The position numbers were made by a program, and so were the translations under genes. A model generated the notes under the pieces. It had not been told where the DNA came from. It saw only the letters and a program-made list of their open reading frames with translations, and did not search any database. Shown here piece after piece: positions 29,045 to 44,189 of a stretch of DNA of 64,000 bases. The stretch is taken from NCBI GenBank assembly GCA_951406725.2, contig OX597836.1, positions 24,800,001 to 24,864,000 of the forward strand. Direction: 5' to 3'. Each line of letters starts with the position of its first letter. The stretch's first letter is position 1. The DNA comes from Octopus vulgaris (taxonomy: Eukaryota).

Positions 29045-29280
29045 TACGAGGGAGTACTGAAATGGTCCCTGGCTTTAAGGGTATCGCGAAAGGCCTGGTT
29101 AGAGGCCCAACCTTCCGAGTTCTTTTACAGGGCTAAGAAAAACTGAAGGACCTGTGCAATAAATATGTGAATCTGAGAGGGGAATATGTTGAATAAAATC
29201 ATAATTAAGTGATCCTCCTGTATTTTCTTTTACCCAATACCAGAAACTTCTCAGCACACACACACACACACACACTCGTA
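29045..29280. mobile_element. Mariner-type MITE
   Basis: Termini TACGAG...CTCGTA. An inverted second copy lies at 34444-34665. Confidence 0.75.
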
Positions 29281-31192
29281 AGTAATATAAGAATTTAGAG
29301 TAATGTTGTGGGTGTACTCACTCATGTTTCAAAAGAACAGTGATAGGATGTTCGTGTCAAAACCTCCGTAAGGTGGAGGCATAAGGGTTCTAGTTATAAT
29401 GATCCCACTTATAATGATGTGCAATGGGAGGAAAGTAAATGTGACAGTATCTGAAATGGGTTACTCAAGAGATGTTAACATAATATTAAGGATTGGTAAA
29501 AGAGTAAACTTCAATACTGAACTAATTAGAAGTTTCCAGATATTGCGACCGACCTCTATAATTACTAGGCTGCTTGGTTATACATCGAACTAATATAGCA
29601 AAAGAGTTAAGAACCTAGTCTTCCTAAAACCAGGGAGGACAACAGTTGCCCGTAAATGTTAAGATACCACTTCCCATTATGGCATAATATTGTTGTTCAA
29701 GCAATAATACCATCGATGAAGAAGACTTCCCAAAGATAAATAGCTAATATATCTTATTGTTCAATACTTAAGGAATTTGGTGGAACATGCCCATCAGAAC
29801 TCCCACGAATTGCAACAGACCTAATGCGGTTATCTAAGGTCGTGAAGAAGCATCGCGTGTAGTCACAGAGGTCAGTTGCTCTCCTGTAGATGTGAATATT
29901 GTGAATATTTCATCTAAAACCAAACACAAAGTGAGCAACTTCGAAGCTTTGGGTTCCTCCACCACCCTCATTGTAAATTCATACTTATAACGATAATGGC
30001 GCATTTGGTTATGTTGGTAAATGCTTAAAAGACAATCTGGAAATGCTAGAATTTTCAGGCAAAGAGGAGACTGGGAACCGCGTACCCCACAGATACAGTT
30101 TGTAAGTGGAACAGAACAAATTTGCAAGATTTTCTTTAAGTTCAACATGTAACATTTATCGTTGACGTATTCCAAATTCCAAATTCCAGAGTTTTGTTTC
30201 TTGAAAAACAGCTCCCTCGTTATAAGAAGAATTCTAATACTTAAAAAAAGAAAGGCAAACCTACATTCATTCATACATGCATATATACATACATATACAT
30301 ACATATAAATATATACATGCATACCTAGATGTATGCATACAAACATACATGCACAACATACACAAATACACATATGCATACGTATATACATATATGCATA
30401 TATATATATATACATCATTATATACAAACATACATATGTATGTGTGTATATATATACATATATATATACATATGCATATACGTACATACGTACATATATA
30501 CATATATATATATGCATAAATATATACATTTATGCATACACAAGCACATATACAAACACACACGCACATACACAAACACACACACATACATACACACACA
30601 TACATACATACATACATACATACATACATACATACATACGTACGTACGTACGTACGTACGTCCGTACATAGTATGTATGTATACATATATACATACAGAA
30701 ACACTTACATACATATATACATACACAAACACATACATAAATACATACACAAATGCATACATACATATATACATACACACATACATACACACATGCATAC
30801 ATACACACATACATACATACATACATACATACATACATACATACATACATACATACATACATACATACATACATACATACATACATACATGGTGGTCTGA
30901 TATCAATAACTGGGTTGGAATTTTTGCCATTTCATCTCATTAATAAACAAATTCTACAATTGTCCTCAGTCCTTCACTGGCAGCGGACAGATACATGGGT
31001 AAATATTTGACAATTTAAACTTAAATATTAAGTGGAAAAGAATGTATGGACTTTTGGACCACCCTGGATGTATACACATACACACACACACACATACGTA
31101 CGTGTGTATATATAAACGTACATACATGCAAGCACACATACACACATGCATTACTTACATATATACATACATGTAAAATTTACATGTTTGTA

Positions 31193-31363
31193 GGCGCAGG
31201 AGTGGCTGTGTGGTAAGTAGCTTGCTTACCAACCACATGGTTCCGGGTTCAGTCCCACTGCGTGGCATCTTGGGCAAGTGTCTTCTGCTATAGCCCCGGG
31301 CCGACCAATGCCTTGTGAGTGGATTTGGTAGACGGAAACTGAAAGAAGCCTGTCGTTTATATG

Positions 31364-31437
<74 letters not shown>

Positions 31438-31644
31438 TGTATCTGTGTTTGTCCTCCTAGCATTGCTTGACAACCGATGCTGGTGTGTTTACGTTCCCGT
31501 CACTTAGCGGTTCGGCAAAAGAGACCGATAGAATAAGTACTGTGCTTACAATGAATAAGTCCCGGGGTCGATTTGCTCGACTAAAGGCGGTGCTCCAGCA
31601 TGGCCGCAGTCAAATGACTGAAACAAGTAAAAGAGTAAAAGAGT
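31193..31644 (+). mobile_element. SINE family A with internal (TG)n
   Basis: Full-length copy. Confidence 0.9.
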
Positions 31645-31846
31645 ATGTAATTCTATACATTAAATAAAGTGTTCGAAAATAAAGAGAAGAACGTTAAGAG
31701 CCGAGTGTGAGCCTCAATAAGTATTCTTTTCTCGATGACGATCAAATATGGCTCCAGAACTGCCGGACAAACTGAACTTAACCAAGACATGAAAAAGAAA
31801 CATTCCCCTTACAAACAAAAAAGGCAACTTTACCGTGTGTTAATGT

Positions 31847-32290
31847 TGGTTTCAAATTTTGGCACAGGGTTAGTAATTTCGAAGAAGGGGTTAAGTCGAT
31901 TACATCGACCCCAGTACGCAACTGGTACTTATTTTACCAACCTCGAAAGTATGAAAAGCAAAGTCAACCTCGGCGGAATTTGAACTCAGAAAGTAAAACA
32001 CAGACGAAATGCCGCTAAGCGATAACGATTCAGCCAGGTTTCTGCCTTAAACAATGTGTTTAATATTGATAGTAAGTATAAGGCAATGAGCCGCCAGAAT
32101 CTTTAAGTACGCTGATCAAAATGCTTAGCAACATTTCGTCTGTTTTTACCTTCTGATTTCTGGCGAGGTCGACTTTGCTTTTCATCCGTCTGGGGTTGAT
32201 AAAATTAGTACCACTTGAGCACTGAGATCAATGGAATTGACTTACTTCGTGCCCCGAAACTGCTGACCTTGGGGTAAAATTTAAAACCAA
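31847..32290. mobile_element. Two diverged SINE-B copies, head to head
   Basis: Minus copy 31847-32047 and plus copy 32081-32290. Confidence 0.75.
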
Positions 32291-33176
32291 TGTTGATAGT
32301 AAGTGTAGCCTCTTTTGGATGTGTGGCTCTGACATTAACTCATATTGTCAAGGTCATATTCTGGCAATCCAAAAGCAGGAAACGGCTACAAAACATCGGC
32401 TGAATAAAAGAGATAATGAAGTGCTTAAACCACCAAGATGTGACCGAAAATGTTCCTTATGTCACGTTTCTGAGGAAGATTATAACAAATGGCTGCAACA
32501 ACAACTTCCCAGAAGTGTCATTAAGCTACTGCCTCTCATTGCGATATAATGTTCTTCCTAAACAATATACAATACCATCATCTGTAGGAAAGAATATGTC
32601 TATGGTTGAATACATAAATATGCTTTAATACAAAGTATATTGATGGAAAATTCCCATCAAAGCTTTCGCTAAGTGCAATCATAATAATCTAATACAGTTG
32701 TTTCGGCCATAAAGGGAAAAATACGTTCTGTTACAAAGGCAGGCTATCTCATGAGTATGAATATTTCTTGCAAAATCACCGATAAAAAAAAAACATTTAT
32801 GCTGCTTCGAAACGTATAATCTACCCAGATCATAAATATACGTTGGTATCCATAATCATCGCTGTGCTTGGACATGTTGTCAATTTGTTTATGTAGAAAT
32901 CTCGTCGAGATGCGGGTTTTTTTAGGCAAAGCAAGATGCCAATTGATAAATAGTCTACAAGTAAGATGTGTAAGTGGAACAGAGAAAATATTCAAGACAT
33001 ATCGATAATTCAACATCTAAACATTCACCCCGATTTTCTTGTTTTAAATTCGTGCGTGCGGGTGTGCATGTGTGTCTGTTTGTGTGTGTAAACAAGGATT
33101 TTCCACCTGAAAGGATTGAGAGATCACGATAGAAAAAACATATTCCCGAGATAGCATTACGGCTCTCTTTACTTTC

Positions 33177-33213
33177 CTTTCGGATGAAGGATTTTAGTCC
33201 GAAACGTTAAAAC
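33177..33213 (+). ncRNA. Decayed minimal hammerhead motif (P1-like)
   Basis: TTT-CGGATGA-A-GGA(ttttag)TCC-GAAA-CGTT-AAA. Confidence 0.5.
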
Positions 33214-33355
33214 CATTTCTTTTTCTATTCTGGTGCTAAACGAATACCAATGCCGTGGCATTTTCTTTCCTCAATGATATTATTTCTTTTCCTTTACTTT
33301 ATTTTTTATTGATATTTCAATATATAGATATATAGGTTTATGTATTATATATACA

Positions 33356-33571
33356 TCTTTTCTACTAAAAGCACAAGGCCTGAAATTTGGTGGGTGGGGG
33401 AACTAGTCGATGACATTCACCTTTTCGTTTCACCTGCACTTAATTTATCGACCCCGAAAGAACGAAAGGCAAAGTCGACCTCGGCGGAATTTGAACTCAG
33501 AACATAGCGGCAGACGAAATACCGCAAAGCATTTCGACTGGCGTGCTAACGATTCTGCCAGCTCGCCGCCT
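33356..33571 (-). mobile_element. SINE family B
   Basis: Match to other B copies. Confidence 0.85.
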
Positions 33572-33617
33572 TATGTATTATATATACGTACGCACGCACA
33601 CGCACACACACGCACAC

Positions 33618-33661
<44 letters not shown>

Positions 33662-33805
33662 CCACTCCTATACGTGTGTATATGTCAATGCATTTATCTA
33701 TCACTCTATCTCTTCCCCTCTCTCTTTATATTATATATATATATATATATATGCAAACATACATACATACATACATACATACATACATACATACATACAT
33801 ACACA

Positions 33806-33887
<82 letters not shown>

Positions 33888-34069
33888 GATGCGGGTGGTA
33901 ATCCAAGGAAGAATTCCTTAGAATGAAATCAAGATGCTTGCTTACGCGTTGAATATAGAATGAAAATTTGATAAAATGTCAAAAACGACGACACAGAAAT
34001 TCCGATGCATTGTGTGTGCGCACACACACACGCATATACATATATATGTACGTGTGTATTTGTGCGTGT

Positions 34070-34129
<60 letters not shown>

Positions 34130-34443
34130 TATATGTATGTATGTATTGTTGACATATCCGGGTAATGGTGCTCAACTAACATTTGTCAAATATGTCAGTG
34201 TGATTGCATCGGGGAAAATGCCAAACAGTGAAGGTTCCTCCAGGAACGGGGGAAAATATTCGATGATGCAGACGATACACACACACACACACATGCACGC
34301 ACACAGACACACACAGACGCGCACACATACACATACTCAACCATACATACGTACACACACACAGACTATCAACTATGTTCACGCACATTTATATATCTTC
34401 ATTTGTGTTTGTGTCTGTGTGTCTACTTCTGTGTGCATGTGTA

Positions 34444-34665
34444 TACGCGGGTTGTGGGCTGAAAAGTTCCTGGTTTCAGGTAAAAGAAAATACGGGTGGA
34501 TCAATAAATTAATTTATTCAACATGTTCCCCTCTCAAATTCATATAATTTATTACAGCGGCCCTTCAGTGTTTCTAAGCCCTGTAAGGGAACTCGAAAGG
34601 TTGGGTTTCCAATCAAGCCTTTCGCGATACCCTTAAAGCCAGCAACTTTTCAGCGCCCACTTGTG
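34444..34665. mobile_element. Mariner-type MITE (second copy)
   Basis: Reverse-complement similarity to 29045-29280. Confidence 0.75.
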
Positions 34666-34711
34666 TGTACGTGTGTTGAGATGCATGTTAAAGCCATGTG
34701 GCATTTATGTA

Positions 34712-34939
34712 GGGCAGAAACGTTAGCACGCCGGGCGAAATGCTTAGCGGTATTTCGTCTGCGTTACGTTGTGAGTTCAAATTCCGGCCGAGGTCGACTT
34801 TGCCTTTCATCCTTTCGGGGTCGATAAATTAAGTACCAGTTACGCACTGGGGTCGATGTAATCGACTTAATACCTATGTCTGTCCTTGTTTGTCCGCTCT
34901 GTGTTTAGCCCCTTGTGGGTAATAAAGAAATAGGTATTT
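34712..34939 (+). mobile_element. SINE family B (tail type 2)
   Basis: Ends GCCCCTTGTGGGTAATAAAGAAATAGGTATTT. Confidence 0.88.
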
Positions 34940-35266
34940 ATGTAGGGCTGTGAACGTGTGGACGACTTCGGTGGATGGACAGATGAATGGTCAGATGGAA
35001 GGTTTGATGAAAGGACGAACGGACAGGTGGAAGGAAAGATGGAAGCGAATAAACGCGTATGCCTGTGTATGCGTGTGCATGTATGTATTTGTGTGTGTAT
35101 GTGAATGTGTGTGTGCTTGTGCGTGCCTATATGTGTAGGCTTTGTGAACATGGGTAGATTATATATACCCATGTTTACAAGCAGATAATCGAAGTTTTGA
35201 TTACTACTCAACATAATCCCACAGAGAGAGAGAGAGAAGAAAACTCCTTCTCTCTCCCTTTCCATC

Positions 35267-35304
<38 letters not shown>

Positions 35305-35498
35305 ACTCTCACCTGACATACTCTTCTATGATAACATAAGCATAACAGCTTACTTTTATCATACTTATCCATGTTAATTCAAAGAGCATTCCTGCATGTG
35401 TGTGTGTGTATGAGTGTGTGTATGTTTGTGGGTGTGTATGCTTGTGCATATGTATTTATGTGCGCATGCAGATTCATTTCTTTATATGTGTATGTATA

Positions 35499-35539
<41 letters not shown>

Positions 35540-35605
35540 GTGTATATGTGTGTATATATATATAGATATGTGTGTGTGCGTGTGTGCGTGTGTGCATGTG
35601 TATGA

Positions 35606-35665
<60 letters not shown>

Positions 35666-35895
35666 AGGCGGGCTGGCAGAATTGTTAGCACTCCGGGCGA
35701 AATGCTTAACGGTAATTCGTCTGCCGTTACGTTCTGAGTTCAAATTCCACCGAGGTCGACTTTGCCTTTCATCCTTTCGGGGTCGATTAAATAAGTACCA
35801 GTTATGCACTGGTGTCGATATAATCGACTTAATCTGTTTGTCTGTCCTTGTTTGTTCTCTCTGTGTTTAGCCTCCTGTGGGCAATGAAGAAATAT
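35666..35895 (+). mobile_element. SINE family B (tail type 2)
   Basis: Match to other B copies. Confidence 0.88.
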
Positions 35896-35921
35896 AAATG
35901 TGTGTGTGTAAACGTGCAAAG

Positions 35922-35952
<31 letters not shown>

Positions 35953-36027
35953 TGCGTACATACACTTGAAATAAAACCTTCAATGTAAAGAGAACGAAAA
36001 GAGAGGCGAAATATAAAGGCTTAGAGT

Positions 36028-36075
<48 letters not shown>

Positions 36076-36376
36076 AAAAAAGATAGATAGATGGATGGGT
36101 GAGTGGGTAGGTGAGATTGGGTGGATGGATAAACACGAGTACGCCAATAAACTTAAGCTTTCGAAACTATCTCCCTAGAATCTCATCAACGGGTTAACCG
36201 TTTCGATATTCGAAAAAGATTGATCCTTCTCTTTGTTGCCAATGGTGAAATCAGTTGAGATTTTGCACATCAAGCCAACATCTTATTAAAGATTTTGGTC
36301 ACAACGCCAAATCAATGGATCCAACTGACACACTACCTGTGTATGTGTGTGTAAGTGTATACATACATACACAAGT

Positions 36377-36451
<75 letters not shown>

Positions 36452-36631
36452 GTGCTTGGGCACTAAATTGTAATTTTAACTCCTGATGAAACGGCTTATT
36501 CTTCCCATTCAAATTAATTATGTATTCACTTATATGTTACTTATGCAATGATCATATCGATGACGCTCTTTGAATTTCAAATAGGGAGACACCTGTAGAA
36601 CTTAATACGGAAATTTTGAAACATCATTAAG

Positions 36632-36677
<46 letters not shown>

Positions 36678-36746
36678 CATACATACATACATATATGCAT
36701 TCATACATACATACATACATACATACATACATACATACATACATAC

Positions 36747-36877
<131 letters not shown>

Positions 36878-37986
36878 AGAGAGGGAGAGGGGGGACTGTT
36901 TAATACCTCGTGCAGGGATATGGTTTTTTATTGAAGCTGAAACTTAGTGTTTGTCTCACAACTCGAGTTTCATGCAACTGCGATCTTCGGGCGAAACGCC
37001 TGGAGATCGCAATCGCGTGAAACTCAATATGTATTAGTGAACAAATGCTCGATGTTTGTTATACAGTATATGGCCTTTCAGTAAGCAACATATGTGTATA
37101 TGTATATGTGTGTATATGTATGTACGCTTATACAAAATATATCTCCTAACTTTTTGTGACTATGCTAGTGCGTTGCTAAAATGTTGTTCTACCTTATTAT
37201 CGAGCACTACCATACGCATAAGTGTTTCTTTTTTTTTTTTTTGGTTATATCTATGTCCTGTGCAAATTAAATTCAAATTTTTTGTGATTAAAATCATAAT
37301 TTTTTACTTAAAATATTCAATAGACAAAATTCCATAAGTCTAAATCCAATATTGACACTTTTTGGAAATAATGGAAACTGGGGTTGAGATCAGTGAGGGA
37401 TGAATTAGAATCCTGGGCGTCTGTAAGCGGATGAGGCCGTTAGTTATTTATTTTCAACTAGCTCCAGTATATAAAGCTAATTTTACCTTTCAAACTGAAA
37501 TTTTAATTAGGGCCCCCTAACTTTTTTTTTTAAAGAAAATGGTAAAATTTGTTATTTATAAAACTCCAAATACATACGCAGTCTTCGTCGGCCTAAGAAC
37601 TTGACCGTTAGAAATATAATTGGACGGCCAGGAAACCAAGCGAAATTAGTAGCAATTTATGTTAAAAGTTTTGTATAATACTGCGACTTATTTTTTATGT
37701 AATTATATAGTGGCAATTTTTCGAATTTTTGTCTTATGTAGTTTTCTAAATATTTATGGTTCATTCATTGGCTGCATTAATTGAAACGCAGTAACTATAA
37801 TGTTCTTAACACGGAAGACAGTCGATTTAAGTTAAAAAATAAAACACAAAAAACTTCTTACTCGAAGACAAGTGCCCGAAATTGGAGATTTTAGTGTGGT
37901 ACTGTGTGGTATTATGAATTAAAAAACATCGTGAAGTTAATTTATTCGAAGCCTTACATTCGAATAAATTAATATATATATATATA

Positions 37987-38495
37987 CTAGCAGTATCGCC
38001 CGGCGTTGCTCGGGTTTGTAAGGGAAATAACTATATAAGCATTTTTAGAGAGTTACTTCCCTTATAGATGCCAATTCGGGCTTTCTTAGCCATTTCTGTT
38101 TTGGTGTCTTCAAGCCATGAAGTCGTTGTTCTAAAAGAACGCTGGTCTCCTTGACAACGCATTACGACGTTGATTTCTTTACACTCCCTTCCCCACAGCT
38201 TCACGAGGGAGGGAAGGGGAGAAGCAAACAGGTGCAGCTGTGAGCGTGAACGCCAACTCCGCCGCCATCGACACACGAAAAATTATGCATTAAAATGGAA
38301 TAAAAAATTATGTTAAATTATTTTTAAAATCGTAGACTCATCGTAGACGCGCGCTAATAGCCAGACGGGCTCGATATGAATCACGACTATAAGATACCCG
38401 AATTTGGTTAAACTGCACCGCAAAATGTGGGAGGAGTTAGGAATCTAAATCGAAGGGGACAGACACTCACACAACTAGAGTTTTATATATATAGA
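37987..38495 (-). mobile_element. Non-autonomous Helitron
   Basis: On the minus strand it starts with TC and ends with hairpin CCCGAGCAACGCCGGG then CTAG. It sits between A and T with no TSD. Confidence 0.85.
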
Positions 38496-39435
38496 TTACT
38501 ACGCTCGGTAATTGTTATTTTTGTACTGTATATTCTTTTATATTCAGCACTCTTGTTCTGTGTATCGTAGAAAATGAATAGTGTTTCGCTACTCTGTATG
38601 TAGAAAGAAAGAAATAAAGAAAGAAACAAACAAACAAAGAAAAAGCATATATTGAGTATTTGTTTACGATCATTTCTCATAACTTGTGAAATGCCTTGTG
38701 TTCCGAAGCTTAAAGAACCAACACAGACCAAGAAAGTATTCCAATTTTTACAATATCTGAAATATCTGAGACACTTGATAAATTCTATAATCAGGAATTG
38801 GTTTATGGCACTCTTCACTTTGTGTGGTTCCAATATTTTTCTTTGCTGATCATAATTTGAAATATTGTGACTGATTTTAGTGATTGTTTTGTTTTGTTTT
38901 TCTTTGGTTATTGAAATTACATTTAAACTACTTTTTCTTCGTTTACAATATTTCTGCTGAATTTACGACTCATATGCAAAAGTTTGAAACATCGTTTGAC
39001 TTTTTGAAGATAAAAAACAGTTTATACAATTCCTACATGCCACATATATCTCCGTCAAATTGCATTGGTCAAACAACATTTTCCTAAAATATAGAGAGAT
39101 GTCTTCACTCTTGCAAGTCTGTTAAAACGTCTGTTATTGGTCTCAAGCGATTTTGACAAATTTATGTGGTGCAAAAAGTTATTTACAAAGAACGGAGAAA
39201 AAAAAAAAAGAAGAGGTATTTGACAATATTTTATACGACATCAGTATGTCGGCTCCTGTTTAATATTTTTCGAAATATAATCTTCTGAAATCATTAGTAA
39301 ATATGGAAAAAGAAATATAGCTCCTCATATTTCCAATAATGTGACACGGAAAAATATTGGTACTACGAAAACTTGGTCGTTCCAAATACCATACCGACAG
39401 ATTCAAGATTCTATGGTTCTGGAACAAGACATAAT

Positions 39436-39831
39436 CTTTTCTACTCTAGGCACAAGGTCCGACATTTTGGGTAGGGGACCAGTCGATTAGATCGACCTCA
39501 GTACGCAACTGATACTTAATTTATCGACTCCGATAGGATGAAAGGGAAAGTCGACCTCGGCAGAATTTGAACTCAGAACGTAAAAACAAACGAAATATCT
39601 ATTTCTTTACTACCCACAAGGGGCTAAACACAGAGAGGACAAACAAGGACAGACAAACGGATTAAGTCGATTATATCGACCCCAGTGCGTAACTGGTACT
39701 TATTTAATCGACCCCGAAAGGACGAAAGGCAAAGTCGACCTCGTCGGAATTTGAACTCAGAACGTAAAAACAAACGAAATACCGCTAAGCATTTCGCCCG
39801 GCGTGCTAACGTTTCTGCCAACTCGCCGCCT
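39436..39831 (-). mobile_element. Dimeric SINE-B (full copy plus second body and tail type 1) with TSD
   Basis: TSD TGGAACAAGACATAAT (39420-39435) / TGGAACAAAACTTAAT (39832-39847). Confidence 0.85.
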
Positions 39832-41112
39832 TGGAACAAAACTTAATGAATAACGTATATTCTAAACAAAAGGTTAGTACTGAACGATTTAACCTTCTAT
39901 TGCTTTAGATAATTGGAATGTATGTGCAATTACAAATAATATGTTTATGTGTGTGGTGTGCATTTGAATTGAAAATACATCTGTCTTACATCTTTCCTTT
40001 TTCTTTTTATTCACTCGCATTGTCTTTTTCTCTCACTTTCTCCCTCTATTTTTGTCCCATTGCCTCACTCACTCACTCTCACAAGTGAAGGGAGAAGAAG
40101 AGTTTAAAAAAAAAGAAAGTGACAGAACCTCTTAATAATGATTTCACATTTTGGCACAAGGTCTGCAGTTTTATAGGAAGGGTTAAGTTGATGATATCGA
40201 CCCCAGTGCTCAACTGGTACTTATGCATGTATTTATGTATAAAATGCAATCTATTGACTGCTCACACTGTCTTTTTCTCTCACTTTCTCCCTACCCTTTC
40301 GTTTCTTTTTCGACCATCTAACATCTTTCCTTAAAAAGATGTAAAGCAAACATAAATAAAGTAAGCTTTTTAAAGTGCATACTATTACAAGCAGCTACAT
40401 TTGTCTAGATATCACTGCCAACAACGTAACACGCTACATCAGAAAAATATACACCTATTCAAGATTTAACTCACTACGTACCAGCAACTGATGAAATGAA
40501 TCTATTTGTTCACTGAAGGTATTATGCCTTTCTTAACCAAGGATCTATATAGCAACCCTATACTACATGACGGCATCCGAAAAGACTACATGAGACTGGT
40601 AGCCGATGAATTCAAAGGAATGTTCACTCAGGATATGTACTCCTTCAGATCCAGGGCCAAGGAAATCTTCGTCTTTTTTCTCTCTGTTTTATCTATAAAC
40701 CAGGGATTAGAAGAATTAACCACTAGTGTAATGCAGAATACTACCTCTCCTAACGCACTCATAATGCAAAATTTCTATTTGTATCTCTTTGAGAAATTGC
40801 ACCTATTGCAAGAGCCCATTGTGTCACTTAACAAGAAGCTGAACTTTCACGTTGTTACCACAAATGGAGCTCCCTGTAGGCCAATTTTAAACCCTTCGCT
40901 GCCAACACTTTTCTATAAAGTTTACTAAAAATTTTGGTTTCACTTTAATTTGTAACAAAAGCAAATAAGGTTTCCCCCATATCAGAGTCGCCACCCATCC
41001 ATTATTATTTTTCAACGGTCGTCGAATAACCACCTCCACGGAAACCAAACTGGCAGAAAGAACAGCCCTTACTCATCACTTAATAACAATCAACCTTATA
41101 TAGAAACATGTG

Positions 41113-41198
<86 letters not shown>

Positions 41199-41229
41199 TA
41201 TACATATATATATATACATATATATATAC

Positions 41230-41260
<31 letters not shown>

Positions 41261-41293
41261 CATATAAATATACAGTTACGTCTGTGCACATAT

Positions 41294-41357
<64 letters not shown>

Positions 41358-41822
41358 AGAAAGAAATAGATAGATAAGAAAGCATACAGAAGAGAATGAT
41401 AAAGAAAAAAATTGTTGCTTAGAAAATTTTAGCAAATTATTTTTTTTTAAGTTTGATTATGTGTGTTGTATATTTTTCTGTATACGTAAAGTTTGTTGAA
41501 AAGGTTTTCATTGGTGTGCAGAAGCGATAAGCTACCAGTTCGCACTCAAATATGGCTCGTTGCCTTTCTGCGCCTCATAACACCCATAGTAAACTGGCTG
41601 TGTTGACCGCTACTGGACGGTAGTTATAAATCAATACCGATTAGAGAATTTATGTTAAGGGGGCGGTTCTATGAGAATTAATCCAACACCACCCAAATAT
41701 TACATGAAAAATAGGATAAATGTGATTGTTTATTAAATAAGAGATAAGAAAAATTAAAAGTACAAAACCTATTAATAATAATACTAATCTTAATACTAAC
41801 AACAACGATAATAATGATAACA

Positions 41823-42253
<431 letters not shown>

Positions 42254-42265
42254 TACTAATAATAA

Positions 42266-44150
42266 TTACTAGCAATGGTTAAACAGTTCAGTGATGACAT
42301 CAGGATGGAATTTGGCCTCGGTAAATGTGCAAAAGCTACCTTTTTCAGAGGAAAAATGATAGATCCAACGTTAATCTTGACCAACAGAATGTCATAAAGG
42401 AATTAGAACCAGTGGAGAGTTACAAATACCTAGGGGTATTTGAAGGTGATGGAATCAAACATTTAATGATGAGGGAAAAGGTCAGAAAAGAATGTTATCG
42501 CAGAGTAAGAGCAATACTCAAAACAGAGCTGAATGCATGAAACCGGATCGAAGCGATCAATACTTTAGCCATACCGGTCGTGACTTACAGTTTCAATATC
42601 ATTAACTGGTAAATTTCTGAAATATGAAATCTTGACAGAGAAATACGAAAATTGTTGACAATGCATAGAATGCACCACCCTAAGGCAGATATAGAACGAC
42701 TTCACATGCCAAGAAAAGAGGGAGGCTCTGGACTTTTACAACTGGCATCAACAATGAAGATTGCCATACTTGGCCTAAACACCTAACTGAAAACCTCTGA
42801 TGACTGGATGTTAAAACTTGTCTTAATGCACGAAAACATGAAAGCATCATACTCAGTAACAAAACAGGCAAAGGAATATCTAAGTGAATTCCAAATACAA
42901 CAAATTCCAGAAGTAGGCGTACTGGAAACAAGCACACGAAAAGCTAAGCGTACGAAAACCCGCGATAAAACTGTTACTTTAGATATTCTTACTGATAAAT
43001 GGCAAGAAAAACCTCACTATGGCAAATACCTAAAGAGAGTTAATAGTTCCGATGTTGATAAAGCTCATCAATGGCTAGTGTCTTCTGGCTTAAAATCAGA
43101 GATAGAAATGTTTATCATTGCAGCCCAAAATCAAATCCTACCTGCAAAGAGCTACCAGGCCAACATATTAAAGAACGGCAGTAGCCCGACATATCGTGTA
43201 TGTAAACAACATGAAACCATTGATCATGTTGTCTCTATGTACAGTCTTCTTGCGCCTACAGAGTATCTCAACAGGCATGGTAGAGTAGCACAGTATATTC
43301 ACTGAGTAATTTGCAAAGACCTGGACATACCCCATGATAAAAATTGATGAGAACACAAACCACCTCCAGTGCTTGAAAAAGACCACATCCCACTCCTCTG
43401 GAATTTTACCATTTAAACTGACAGAAAGATAGATGCGAATTGGTCAGACACTATATTGAAGGTCTTCAGACAAAAATCATGCCTCCTCATCGATATGACT
43501 GTCCCAATCGATATAAACGTATCTGTCAAGACCTACCAAAAAAACAGCATGTATAAAGATCTTGAAATAGAAATTGGCAAAATGTGGGACCTCAAGACTA
43601 AAGCAATACCTATTTCTTTATTACCCACAAGGGGCTAAACATAGAAGGGACAAAAAAGCACATACATAGGTATTAAGTCGATTACATCGACCCCAGTGCG
43701 TAACTGGTACTTAATTTATCGACCCCGAAAGGATGAAAGGTAAAGTCGACCTCGGCGGAATTTGAACTCACAACGTAACGGCAGATGAAATACCGCTAAG
43801 CATTTCGCCCGACGTGCTAACGTTTCTACCAGCTCTCCGCCTGTTGTCATAGGTGCCCTAGGAATGATAGGAAAAGGGGCTAATTGCTACCTGGCTCAGA
43901 TACTAGGAAACCCCAAAAGGAAAGAAATTCAAAAAATAGTGCTCATGGAAACTGCCTATATCCTACGTGAAATACTGTCTATGGAATCCCAAATTTTAAA
44001 ACAGACTTAAAATTTTCTTGTTTTCTAAGACACTGCCTAGAACAATACTTTGTGTAAAACCAAATATATGGCACCCTAGGCATAACACTAACTGGAACTT
44101 CTCACTTGTTGTCTCTTGAGACTTGGAGCCAACTTGTACAAATACAAATC
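42266..44150 (+). pseudogene. 5'-truncated, decayed R4/Dong-clade non-LTR retrotransposon (RT end, Zn knuckle, restriction-like endonuclease)
   Basis: FSDDIRMEFGLGKC, YKYLG, HPKADIERLHMPRKEGGSGL, IAAQNQ, CKQHETIDHV, LIDMTVP, YKDLEIEI, PVVIGALG. It has stops and frameshifts and is interrupted by SINE-B at 43611-43841. Confidence 0.93.
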
Positions 44151-44189
44151 AATGATCAATGGAAAAGCCTGATCATAAAATTAACATAC

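Noticed and set aside
36478-36600. CTGATGA hammerhead candidate
   Set aside because: No intact GAAA box or clear stem II.
40330-41100. Host gene for the 140-aa ORF 40506-40928
   Set aside because: No recognisable domain or splice context. It may be a decayed PLE N-terminus but this is unsupported.
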